From an uncultured Clostridia bacterium (GTDB lineage Bacteria > Bacillota > Clostridia > Christensenellales > CAG-1252): DNA of 64,000 bases. The notes beneath the pieces were generated by a model. That model worked only from the letters and a program-made list of their open reading frames with translations, had not been told where the DNA came from and made no database searches. The stretch covers positions 10,150 through 74,149 of the forward strand of contig CALYRM010000003.1 in the NCBI GenBank assembly GCA_945482995.1. The letters are read 5' to 3'. The translations under genes were made by a program, and so were the position numbers. This document shows, one piece after another, positions 1-8,058 of the stretch. Position 1 is the first letter of the stretch; the number at the start of each line of letters is the position of its first letter.

Positions 1-132
1 TATATTCGTCGAGTGAAAACTGACGGTTATATATTGAGGTTTGTTCGAAACTTTGTCATCTTCGCAAGCGACAAAGGCTAGACAACAAACCATCAAAATG
101 AATATTAACAATATAGTTATCAACTTTTTCAT
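1..132 (-). CDS. Lipoprotein, N-terminal fragment (gene runs off the left window edge)
   Basis: Minus-strand ATG at 132 opens MKKLITILLIFILMVCCLAFVAC-EDDKVSNKPQYITVSFHSTNI. This is a signal peptide with a lipobox Cys, open to position 1. It is absent from the ORF track because it is truncated. Confidence 0.45.
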   Translation of the reverse strand, partial: MKKLITILLIFILMVCCLAFVACEDDKVSNKPQYITVSFHSTNI

Positions 133-138
133 AATTAA

Positions 139-167
139 ATTATACCACAATTATTGATTACTTTCAA
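139..167 (-). promoter_or_regulatory. Sigma-A type promoter, TTGAAA-17-TGgTATAAT (extended -10), only 6 nt upstream of the ATG at 132
   Basis: Reverse complement of 139-167 reads TTGAAA gtaatcaataattgtgg TATAAT. No Shine-Dalgarno fits between the -10 and the ATG, which implies a leaderless mRNA. Confidence 0.5.
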
Positions 168-204
168 TAAGTTTACTTACTTTTGAAAGAATTTCGATTT
201 TATA

Positions 205-310
205 CCATCGTTTCGAGCGTTAAATCGTAAGTCTGAAAGCGTAGTGTGAGAAGTCTAAGAAACTCATCCACTTGTTGTCATTCTGAAAGCGTTGTTCGAG
301 GAATCTTTAT
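205..310. repeat. Intergenic mosaic repeat cluster (GTCATYCTGA...ATCTCATCC family, degenerate copies)
   Basis: Units such as ttgtcattctgaaagcgttgttcgaggaatct resemble copies elsewhere in the window. Confidence 0.6.
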
Positions 311-381
311 TTTCACCAACCAATACAAATCACGAAGTTCACATTTGAGGTTTGTCAATCGTTATTATGACTAGGTTGTAA

Positions 382-1014
382 TTAGTATTTTATTACAAAC
401 ATGTTTTTTCTATAATCAATTAGTCCATCATCTCTCATCTTAGACAGTTCCTTTGACAAAGCCGAGCGATCCACGCAAAGATAGTCTGCAAGTCCTTGTC
501 TGTCAAGAGGAATAAGAAATTCTCGTTTACCTGACTGCTTGCTTATTTCGTTTAGATATGAGGTTATTTTTCCTCTAATACTCCTTTGCGATAGGTGCTG
601 AATCTTTGTTATTAAGAAGGTGCTTTTATTGGCTAGAATGCTGATAAGGTTGGCAAAGATTTTGTTTTTTTCGGTGTCGCCATCGTCGAGTAACAATAAT
701 CTATCCTTTGAAATGGCAATCAATTTACCTTTGCTCAAAGCTCTCAAATCTGCCGGCGATATTGCATCGGTGAATGCGAAAGCGCCCCCAAAATGCGAAC
801 CTTTGGAAAGAGTGGATATAATATTAACACTACCGTCCGAGTTGATGTTTTCCAAAACGAAAGAACCCTCTATGCATACATAGATATTTTTAACTTTTTC
901 GCCCGAGTGTAAAACTATTGTGTTTTTGTCGCACACAATTTCGGTTGCCGAAAGTTTTTTTAATAAACGCGGAAGCTCGGTTTCGTTTATTCCTTCAAAA
1001 AGTTTACAATTCAT
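382..1014 (-). CDS. Crp/Fnr family transcriptional regulator
   Basis: 210 aa. N-terminal cNMP-binding-like beta-roll (IVLHSGEKVKNIYVCIEGSFVL...GSHFGGAFAF). C-terminal HTH (RQGLADYLCVDRSALSKELSKMRDDGLI). Confidence 0.85.
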   Translation of the reverse strand: MNCKLFEGINETELPRLLKKLSATEIVCDKNTIVLHSGEKVKNIYVCIEGSFVLENINSDGSVNIISTLSKGSHFGGAFAFTDAISPADLRALSKGKLIAISKDRLLLLDDGDTEKNKIFANLISILANKSTFLITKIQHLSQRSIRGKITSYLNEISKQSGKREFLIPLDRQGLADYLCVDRSALSKELSKMRDDGLIDYRKNMFVIKY

Positions 1015-1126
1015 AGCCTTATAATCAATTCCGTTGCAAATGCAACATACTTTTTTATTTTATTATAGTACAATATTTTAGGAAAAGCAAGGGAATAATA
1101 TAAAATGTCGTTCTTAGCGTATAAAT

Positions 1127-1412
1127 TGTTATTCTCAAGCGTTGTTCGAAAAATCTCATCCAAATTAAAATGAAGAATTGAATAATGAAGACGCTAACAC
1201 TAATTGTGTACTTCGCCAATAGTCAGTGCGTGTAAAGAGATGTCTCCACTGATATCTACTTGACGAAAGCGGATGAGATTTCTCGACTGCCTTAGAAATG
1301 ACAAATAAGGATGAGATCCTCACGACTTCACTGCGTTACGCTCAGGATGACAATATGGATGAGATATCTCGATTACCTTAGAAATGACAAATAATGATGG
1401 CTCGAAATGACG
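1127..1412. repeat. Intergenic mosaic repeat cluster (several units, mostly reverse orientation)
   Basis: For example ggatgagatcctcacgacttcactgcgttacgctcaggatgac is the reverse complement of the GTCATCCTGAGCG...GTGAGGATCTCATCC unit. cttagaaatgacaaata occurs twice. Confidence 0.8.
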
Positions 1413-1468
1413 TTAATAGTTGTTTACGCTCTTCTTAAAAATAAAAAACTAAAAAAGGAAGTATATAT

Positions 1469-2431
1469 ATGAAAAAATTATTAGTATTAGTTTTATTATT
1501 TTCGTTAGTTGCAGTCATTTTTGTAGGCTGTAACGAAACTCCGACAACCCCAACCTATACGGTAATGACACCTGACGGTGCGCCGAGTATGGCTATTGCA
1601 AAAATGATGATGGATAATAACCAGTTTGGAAGAAAAGTCAATTACAGTATAATTGGTTCGGAAGCCGTTTCCGCTTCGTTTACGAATGGTGATGCAGATT
1701 TTATTATTGCTCCGTCAAATGTCGGCGTAATGTTTTCAAATAAGCTCGGCACATACAAAATGGTTGCTGTTACAAGTTGGGGCAATTTATTCGTAGTTGG
1801 CTCAAATACCTATAAAGCGTTATCAGAATGTGCAGACGTTAGTGAGTTTATGCAACAATTTGCAGGAAAGGAAATTGCTAGTATTGGTACAAATTTTGTT
1901 CCCGACAAGACCTTTAAGCATATTTTGACAACTGCAAACGTTAATGCGACATTGACAGCTTCTACGGCTCCGCTCATTCAAAGCGACCTTAAAGATGGCA
2001 AAATCGAGTTTGGTATTTTGGGTGAACCGGCAGTTACGGCAACACTAATGAACGCTACAAACGCAAAGAGATTATGTTCGGTTTCCGATATTTGGAAGCA
2101 AGTAGTTGGCACAGAATTTACACAAGCAGGTTTGTTTGTAAAGAAATCGGTTATTGAAAACGATAAGGCAGCGGTTGAATCATTTATTGGTGAATTAAAG
2201 GCATCTATCGAGTTTTTGAACGCTAGCGCCGATAACGCAAAGAGTTTAGGCAATTATATGGAAAGCACCGGCAAATCCACGCTTAAAGGCGCAGTTGTTT
2301 CTAAGTGCTATTTGCAAATGAGCCAAAAATTCGTTATGGCAGCTGATGTTAAAGACGACGTGTTAGCATTCGTTAAGGTTTTGGGCGTAAATGTAGCTGT
2401 AGACGCTGACATTTTCTATACTGCAAAATAA
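1469..2431 (+). CDS. ABC transporter substrate-binding lipoprotein (NMT1/THI5-like, NitT/TauT-type; substrate unknown)
   Basis: 320 aa with signal peptide plus lipobox (IFVGC). First gene of an SBP-permease-ATPase operon with 3-nt and overlapping junctions. Confidence 0.6.
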   Translation: MKKLLVLVLLFSLVAVIFVGCNETPTTPTYTVMTPDGAPSMAIAKMMMDNNQFGRKVNYSIIGSEAVSASFTNGDADFIIAPSNVGVMFSNKLGTYKMVAVTSWGNLFVVGSNTYKALSECADVSEFMQQFAGKEIASIGTNFVPDKTFKHILTTANVNATLTASTAPLIQSDLKDGKIEFGILGEPAVTATLMNATNAKRLCSVSDIWKQVVGTEFTQAGLFVKKSVIENDKAAVESFIGELKASIEFLNASADNAKSLGNYMESTGKSTLKGAVVSKCYLQMSQKFVMAADVKDDVLAFVKVLGVNVAVDADIFYTAK

Positions 2432-2434
2432 TAA

Positions 2435-3205
2435 ATGATAATAAAAGCACTCAAAAATAACAAATATTCGCTTATATCCTTAGCCTCGGTAGTAGTCTTT
2501 TTAGCTGTCTGGGAATTGGTTTCCTTTTTGATTGGCAAGCCATACCTTTTACCGAGATTTACCGAGGTTATGAGCGAATTTTTTGTGTTACTCGGCAAAA
2601 AAGATTTTTACATTGTAACCCTATCAACGTTAGGACGAGTGCTATTGGGTTTCGTTATTTCACTTGTTTTAGGCGTTGGCTTAGGCATTTTAGGTGGTAT
2701 TTCAAAAACGGTAAGAGCGATTTTAGCACCCTTTATTTCTTTTTTGAGAACTACGCCGACTATGGCGCTCACCCTTGTTATAATGGTTTGGTTGCGTAAT
2801 AAGTATACTCCGATTTTGATTGGCTTGATTATGGTATTTCCGATCATTTATCGCACGATCTCGGATAGCATAATAAACGTAGACGGTAAGCTAAAAGAAA
2901 TGACAAAGCTCTATGGAATATCAAATAAAAATGCAGTTAAATTTATGTATATTCCCGAAGTCGTACCCGTACTTTTCGGTTCATTGGTGACAGCGTTCGG
3001 CATGAATATTAAAGCGGTTGTATCGGCGGAAATATTAGCCTACACCGCCGATTCGATAGGACTTAGAATGTTTATTGCGAAGCAAGACTTTTTCGGTGGT
3101 ACGGCGACATTATTCGCTTGGGTTTTGACGGCAATTATTATCTCGGTGGTATTTGAACTGCTTTTAGGATTAATTCAAAAAAGGATTAGTAAAAAATGGA
3201 ATTAA
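2435..3205 (+). CDS. ABC transporter permease (BPD_transp_1 type)
   Basis: 256 aa, about 6 TM helices, EAA-like loop (VVSAEILAYTADSIGLRMFIA). Overlaps the downstream ATPase gene. Confidence 0.8.
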   Translation: MIIKALKNNKYSLISLASVVVFLAVWELVSFLIGKPYLLPRFTEVMSEFFVLLGKKDFYIVTLSTLGRVLLGFVISLVLGVGLGILGGISKTVRAILAPFISFLRTTPTMALTLVIMVWLRNKYTPILIGLIMVFPIIYRTISDSIINVDGKLKEMTKLYGISNKNAVKFMYIPEVVPVLFGSLVTAFGMNIKAVVSAEILAYTADSIGLRMFIAKQDFFGGTATLFAWVLTAIIISVVFELLLGLIQKRISKKWN

Positions 3206-3762
3206 GAGGCTTAACAAAAAAATTTGGAGACAACGTTATTTTCGATAACTGCGATCTTGTGTTTGAGGAAAACAAAATTACTGCGGTTATGGGAAGAAGC
3301 GGTAGGGGAAAAACCACGCTTTTAAATATAATTGCGGGGTTAGACACCGATTATTCGGGCGAAATAATAGGCTCGTCTCCCTGTGCCTACATTTTTCAAG
3401 AGCCTCGACTTTTGAAGGGCGCGACTGTTCTTGAAAATACTCTTATAGGCAGTGGGTTCAAGAATAGAGAAAAGGCTATCAAGCTACTTGAAGAAATGGA
3501 ACTATCCGATTATATCAACGAATACCCCAAGGCACTTTCTGGCGGTATGGCTATGCGCGTCAGTATGGCTCGAGCGTTTGTCAGCGGACGAAGCGTAATA
3601 TTAATGGACGAAGCCTTTAAAAGTCTTGATAAAGACTTGAAGTATCGCTTATACGATATGTTTTTAAGGCTCTGGAATTCGTCAGGCAAGCCAACCACAA
3701 TAATTGTTACCCACGACAAAGAAGAAGCTGAATATTTAGGAGATACGATTATTGAATTATAG
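3196..3762 (+). CDS. ABC transporter ATP-binding protein (short form)
   Basis: Walker A GRSGRGKTT, signature LSGGMAMRV, Walker B VILMDEA. Confidence 0.85.
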   Translation: MELRGLTKKFGDNVIFDNCDLVFEENKITAVMGRSGRGKTTLLNIIAGLDTDYSGEIIGSSPCAYIFQEPRLLKGATVLENTLIGSGFKNREKAIKLLEEMELSDYINEYPKALSGGMAMRVSMARAFVSGRSVILMDEAFKSLDKDLKYRLYDMFLRLWNSSGKPTTIIVTHDKEEAEYLGDTIIEL

Positions 3763-3769
3763 CAAAAAA

Positions 3770-3890
3770 ATCTTTATCTCATTACGAGCATCCAAACGTC
3801 CTTTTGAGCGAAGTGAAACGCAGTCGAGACATCTCTATATAAGCCCAAACTTAATGCGAAGCATACGTATAGTCGTATGCCAATTAGAAC
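3770..3890. repeat. Intergenic mosaic repeat cluster
   Basis: ttgagcgaagtgaaacgcagtcgagacatctct and cttaatgcgaagcatacgtatag modules, both seen elsewhere in the window. Confidence 0.7.
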
Positions 3891-3910
3891 ATTGCATATA
3901 AACCGTTATA

Positions 3911-3956
3911 AAAAATCTGCCGTACTTCAAAAACGAAATACGGCAGATTTTATTAT
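3911..3956. terminator. Bidirectional Rho-independent terminator between convergent genes
   Basis: Perfect 12-bp stem aaatctgccgta/tacggcagattt, flanked by an A-run and a T-run. Confidence 0.8.
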
Positions 3957-4034
3957 TAGCTAAGCGTCAAAAAAAACAATTAGGCAAACATTTTGCCAGC
4001 ACTAATACTTTGGGTCAAATTATAAATAATTCTT

Positions 4035-4070
4035 AAAATTTATTAGTGATAAAGATATGTTCGCCTATAC
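4035..4070 (+). repeat. 36-bp direct repeat, copy 1 (overlaps the 3-prime end of the ZIP gene)
   Basis: aaaatttattagtgataaagatatgttcgcctatac versus the copy at 5082-5117 (34/36 identical). Confidence 0.85.
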
Positions 4071-4940
4071 AAATAATATAACTACGCCTATAAGCACGCC
4101 GACTAGCATTGCGAATGCAGGGGCTTTTGATCGCCACATAAGGATTGATTCGGGAAGCAATTCGCCAAAAACCACGTAAAGCATAGCGCCTGAAGCTAAA
4201 CTTAGCGAGATAGCCATTGCAAGCGGACTGAGTGAACCTAAGAAATATCCGAGCATAGCGCCCAAGACTGTAGGTAAACCACTTAATGCGGTAACGCATG
4301 CGGCTTTAACTTTGCCCATTCCACCGCTAACAAGGGGAACGGATACCGACATACCTTCGGGGATATTATGCAAACCGATTACGATAGCTATTGCCATAGC
4401 TCCGCTTGCGGAGAAGAAATCGTTTCCGACGGTTGCATAAGAAGCGCCGATAACCATACCTTCGGGCAGATTATGTAATGCGATTGCAAAAGCCATAACC
4501 AGTCCTGCTATAAATAACTCGCTTTTCTTAGCTTTACTGTTATTTACTTCATATTCCTTTTTATGCTCTTCATAGTGGTCGCTGTGTATCAATTCCGACA
4601 ATTGATCGGCTGTTTTCGGGTGTTCTTTGTCAATATGTTTGACTTCGGGATTGGTCTTTTTATCGATTAAGAAATTGAGCAAATAGATTATGCCATAGCC
4701 GACAAAAACCATAGCAATAACTAAAAAGATATGACCGACGCTGTCCTCGTTTTGCCTGATGGCGTCAAGCATTAAATCAAGACAAACGATAGATAGCATA
4801 ACACCGCCTGCAAAGCTTAGAAGCAAACTGACAAGCTTTTCGGAATTACGACGAATGAATACACCAACCAATCCGCCAATACCCGTACCGACTACGCCGG
4901 CTATAAACGTTATTAAGATAACAAAACCAAATGTGCTCAT
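4065..4940 (-). CDS. ZIP family metal (zinc/iron) transporter, ZupT-like
   Basis: 291 aa polytopic protein. Paired HNLPEGM and HNIPEGM motifs. His/Glu-rich central loop (HIDKEHPKTADQLSELIHSDHYEEHKKE). Confidence 0.85.
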   Translation of the reverse strand: MSTFGFVILITFIAGVVGTGIGGLVGVFIRRNSEKLVSLLLSFAGGVMLSIVCLDLMLDAIRQNEDSVGHIFLVIAMVFVGYGIIYLLNFLIDKKTNPEVKHIDKEHPKTADQLSELIHSDHYEEHKKEYEVNNSKAKKSELFIAGLVMAFAIALHNLPEGMVIGASYATVGNDFFSASGAMAIAIVIGLHNIPEGMSVSVPLVSGGMGKVKAACVTALSGLPTVLGAMLGYFLGSLSPLAMAISLSLASGAMLYVVFGELLPESILMWRSKAPAFAMLVGVLIGVVILFV

Positions 4941-5081
4941 AACTAATATTATAATGACATTCGCAAAAAAATAACAAATGATTTATATAAGAATTTAAGA
5001 TATTTTATTATTAGGCGGAATTCCGTTTTTCTTTCGTTTTGGAAGGATAACAAAAAATCCTTGTTATATTGGTTAAAAGCA

Positions 5082-5117
5082 AAAATTTATTAGTGATAAA
5101 GATATGTTTGACTATAC
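5082..5117 (+). repeat. 36-bp direct repeat, copy 2 (upstream of the ZIP gene)
   Basis: aaaatttattagtgataaagatatgtttgactatac. Confidence 0.85.
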
Positions 5118-5187
5118 CTATTGGGATTTTGTTAAAGTACCTGCTCACTCACGGTTTGTAGTCATAAAACACAAAAAATAGCGTCTA

Positions 5188-7860
5188 TTAATTATCATCA
5201 CTAGATAAGTTTTCGTTTATTATCTCGAGGAGCGAGGCACAAGAAGGCACTTTTTCCGCATACTTCTCGGCAATCTCTTTTGCTCTTAGAAGGTATTTTA
5301 TCGCCATTTCCTCGCCGTTTTCTTTTAACAGAAGAGCATAATTGAATAAACTCATTGCCAAATTCGGCTCATATGCCTCTGGGGTTTCCACCGCCAGCCG
5401 CTCGTATATCTCAAGCGCTCGCTTATAGTAGAGCTCCGCGTTTTGATAGTCGTTGATATTTTTATAAAACTCACCGAGATTATTAAAATTTATCGCCAAA
5501 TCCGGCACGTATATCGAAGGATTTTCCGATGCAATCCGCTCGTATATCTCAAACGCTCGCTTGTAGTAGAGCTCAGCGTTTTGATAGTCGTTGATATCGT
5601 CATAAAAAACGCCGAGATTATTGCAAGTCATTGCCAAAACCGGCTCATATGCCTCTGGGGTTTCTGCAGCCAGCCGCTCGTATATCTCAAGCGCTCTCTT
5701 TAAGTAGAGCTCTGCATTTTGATAGTCGTTGATGTTTTGATAAAGAGAACCGAGATTATTAAAAGTTATCGCCAAATCCGGCACGTATGCCGCAGTGTTC
5801 TCCGATGCAATCCGTTCGTATATCTCAAACGCTTTCTTGAAGTAGAGCTCCGCGTTTTGATAGTCGTTTAAGTTTTGATAAAAAACACCGAGATTATTGC
5901 AAGTCGTTGCCAAATCCGACTCGTATGCCGCAGGGGTTTCCGCCGCCAGCCGCTCACTTATCTCAAGCGATCTCTTGAAGTAGAGCTCCGCGTTTTGATC
6001 TTCGTTGATATTGAAATAAAAACCACCGAGATTATTGTAAGTCATTGCCAACTCCGGCTCGTATGCTGCAGGGTTTTCCGATGCCAACCGCTCTCTTATT
6101 TCAAGCGCTCTCTTGAAGTAGAGCTCCGCGTTTTGATAGTCGTTGATATTTTTATAAAACAAACCGAGATTATTGCAAGTCGTTGCCAAATCCGACTCGT
6201 ATGCCGCAGGGTTTTCCGCCGCCAGCCGCTCACTTATCTCAAGCGCTCTCTTGAAGTAGAGCTCCGCGTTTTGATGGTCGTTGATATTGTCATAAAAACC
6301 ACCGAGATTATTGTAGATTCCTGCCAATTTCGGCTCGTATGCTGCAGGGTTTTCCGATGCCAGCCGCTCTCTTATTTCAAGCGCTTGCTTATAGTAGAGC
6401 TCGGCATTTTGATAGTCGTTGATATTTTTATAAAACAAACCGAGATTATTGCAAGTCATTGCCAATTCCGACTTATATGCAGCAGGGTTTTCCACCGCAA
6501 GCCGATCAAATATCTCAAACGCTCGCTTGTAGTAGAGCTCGGCATTTTGATAGTCGTTGATATTTTTATAAAAAGCACCGAGATTATTGCAAGTCGTTGC
6601 CTGATAATTATCAGATACTGCCGTAGGATTTTTATCATAGAGCTTTTGCAGTCTTTGGGCAATTTCTATTGCGCGGGGAAAGTTTTTTTGTTTGTATAAA
6701 TAAGAAGCATACTCATACAGCACGTCGATTTCCACGTTAAATTCCTCTGCAGCATCGACTATACTTTCATACCTTCTCTCAATCTCTTCAAATCTCCCTT
6801 CGTAGGAAAATGCTGTCTGCAACACTTTGATGGCGAATTTATGTATGCGGATATAGTCGATTGTCTCCCTTTTTGCTTCCTCTTCAATCGCTGACATTTG
6901 CCGTTTCTTTTCGGCTATTCTTCTTTTGTAATCGTCATCGATATCCTTCTCGTTGAGTACGGCAAGGCATCCTGCCCTGTCCCCTTGAGATAGTAATTCA
7001 TACGCCCTCTTCTGGCGCTCGGTCATTTCCCCGCATACCTCGTCACGGCTTAAATTTAAGGATAAATCGAATAGGCGTTTGCTCAATTCGTCAATAGTAT
7101 CTTTTAAATGTTGTCGCTTTGCCGCAACGTCGGCATATTCCTTATAAAAATCACCGTCTGCGTTGTCCTTGGCATATCGAGGAAGCATTTCATAGTAACG
7201 CTTCTCCACCTCGACAAGTTCCGCCTGTAACACTTTCAACTCCTCACTGTTTGCAAACTCGGAAATGTCATTTAAGGTTAATACCTTTTTACCATTTACC
7301 TTAAGATTAAACACGGGTTTTTCTCCCTCACCGCCGTAAACGGTTTCGGTTTCCTGTTTAATGTTGAAGTCCTTCATCTCCTGCTCGGTTAAATTTTCAA
7401 GAATGCGGAGTTTTAAGGTGTCAACGTGCTCAAACGAGCCGTAGTATTGCTTATATTCACCGTCCAACTTGTCCTTTAGCTCTATTATGGAAATATCTTC
7501 CGCAATATCGGAAGTCAACTTTTTAAAGTAGACATAGACCTTGGGCCGTTTGTTTTCACTGCCTTTAAACTTCTCATACGCCGTTTCTAGCTCCTCGACA
7601 GTGAATCTCCCCGCCTTGGTGTAGAAGATAAAAAAGCACATATCGCTACCACGAACGAGATTGTTGAATACGTCCTGCTTGCGCTCTTTTGTCATAGCGG
7701 TGTCTTCGTCCTCGCAAAGCAGTGGTTGCAGTTTAATATCGTAAGTATCTTCGAAGTCATCGCTAATTCTTCGCATGAATAGCTCTAAATCCTTTCTTTC
7801 ACCTTCGAACTCCGTAATAGATGATCCGATAAATATTTTTATTTTCTTTTTGCAATACAT
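5188..7860 (-). CDS. DUF4062 (TIR-like) N-terminal domain / coiled-coil / TPR-repeat protein
   Basis: 890 aa. The N terminus KIFIGSSITEFEGERKDL...SDMCFFIFYTKAGRFTVEELETAY resembles DUF4062. The middle region is helical and charged. The C-terminal part has nine 46-aa kinesin-light-chain-like TPR units (NNLGxFYxNINDYQNAELYYKRALEIxERLAxENPAAYExxLA). Confidence 0.7.
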   Translation of the reverse strand: MYCKKKIKIFIGSSITEFEGERKDLELFMRRISDDFEDTYDIKLQPLLCEDEDTAMTKERKQDVFNNLVRGSDMCFFIFYTKAGRFTVEELETAYEKFKGSENKRPKVYVYFKKLTSDIAEDISIIELKDKLDGEYKQYYGSFEHVDTLKLRILENLTEQEMKDFNIKQETETVYGGEGEKPVFNLKVNGKKVLTLNDISEFANSEELKVLQAELVEVEKRYYEMLPRYAKDNADGDFYKEYADVAAKRQHLKDTIDELSKRLFDLSLNLSRDEVCGEMTERQKRAYELLSQGDRAGCLAVLNEKDIDDDYKRRIAEKKRQMSAIEEEAKRETIDYIRIHKFAIKVLQTAFSYEGRFEEIERRYESIVDAAEEFNVEIDVLYEYASYLYKQKNFPRAIEIAQRLQKLYDKNPTAVSDNYQATTCNNLGAFYKNINDYQNAELYYKRAFEIFDRLAVENPAAYKSELAMTCNNLGLFYKNINDYQNAELYYKQALEIRERLASENPAAYEPKLAGIYNNLGGFYDNINDHQNAELYFKRALEISERLAAENPAAYESDLATTCNNLGLFYKNINDYQNAELYFKRALEIRERLASENPAAYEPELAMTYNNLGGFYFNINEDQNAELYFKRSLEISERLAAETPAAYESDLATTCNNLGVFYQNLNDYQNAELYFKKAFEIYERIASENTAAYVPDLAITFNNLGSLYQNINDYQNAELYLKRALEIYERLAAETPEAYEPVLAMTCNNLGVFYDDINDYQNAELYYKRAFEIYERIASENPSIYVPDLAINFNNLGEFYKNINDYQNAELYYKRALEIYERLAVETPEAYEPNLAMSLFNYALLLKENGEEMAIKYLLRAKEIAEKYAEKVPSCASLLEIINENLSSDDN
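5347..6588 (-). repeat. Nine tandem 138-bp coding repeats (TPR units) inside the 890-aa gene
   Basis: The NNLG codons recur at 138-nt spacing (for example first Asn codon at 6588 and 6450). Long near-identical DNA stretches between units create spurious antisense ORFs. Confidence 0.9.
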
Positions 7861-8020
7861 ATTTCACCTTTATGATTTGTTTATTTGCTCTATTGTAACA
7901 CAACCACGCCATTATTTCAATGGATGATTTCATTTTTTAGTAACACTATGATAAAGCCTTGCTAAGCATAGCAGAATTCATTGTAGAACAGCGAACGCCG
8001 CTATCCTAACCCTGCACTGT

Positions 8021-8058
8021 ATACTAAAATAAAGGCGTTTCCGCCTTTATTTTAGTAT
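8021..8058 (-). terminator. Rho-independent terminator of the GH5 gene (17-bp perfect hairpin)
   Basis: atactaaaataaaggcg-tttc-cgcctttattttagtat. The stem includes the TAA stop at 8047-8049. Confidence 0.75.

Noticed and set aside
4941-5081. Zur box upstream of the ZIP transporter
   Set aside because: No palindrome resembling the Firmicutes Zur operator (AAATCGTAAT-N-ATTACGATTT type) was found in the leader.
5875-6699. 274-aa plus-strand ORF (and 5443-5703, 86 aa) antisense to the TPR gene
   Set aside because: It lies entirely within the 138-bp tandem repeats. Its periodic sequence simply mirrors the repeat, and the minus-strand frame encodes canonical TPR units with a good RBS.
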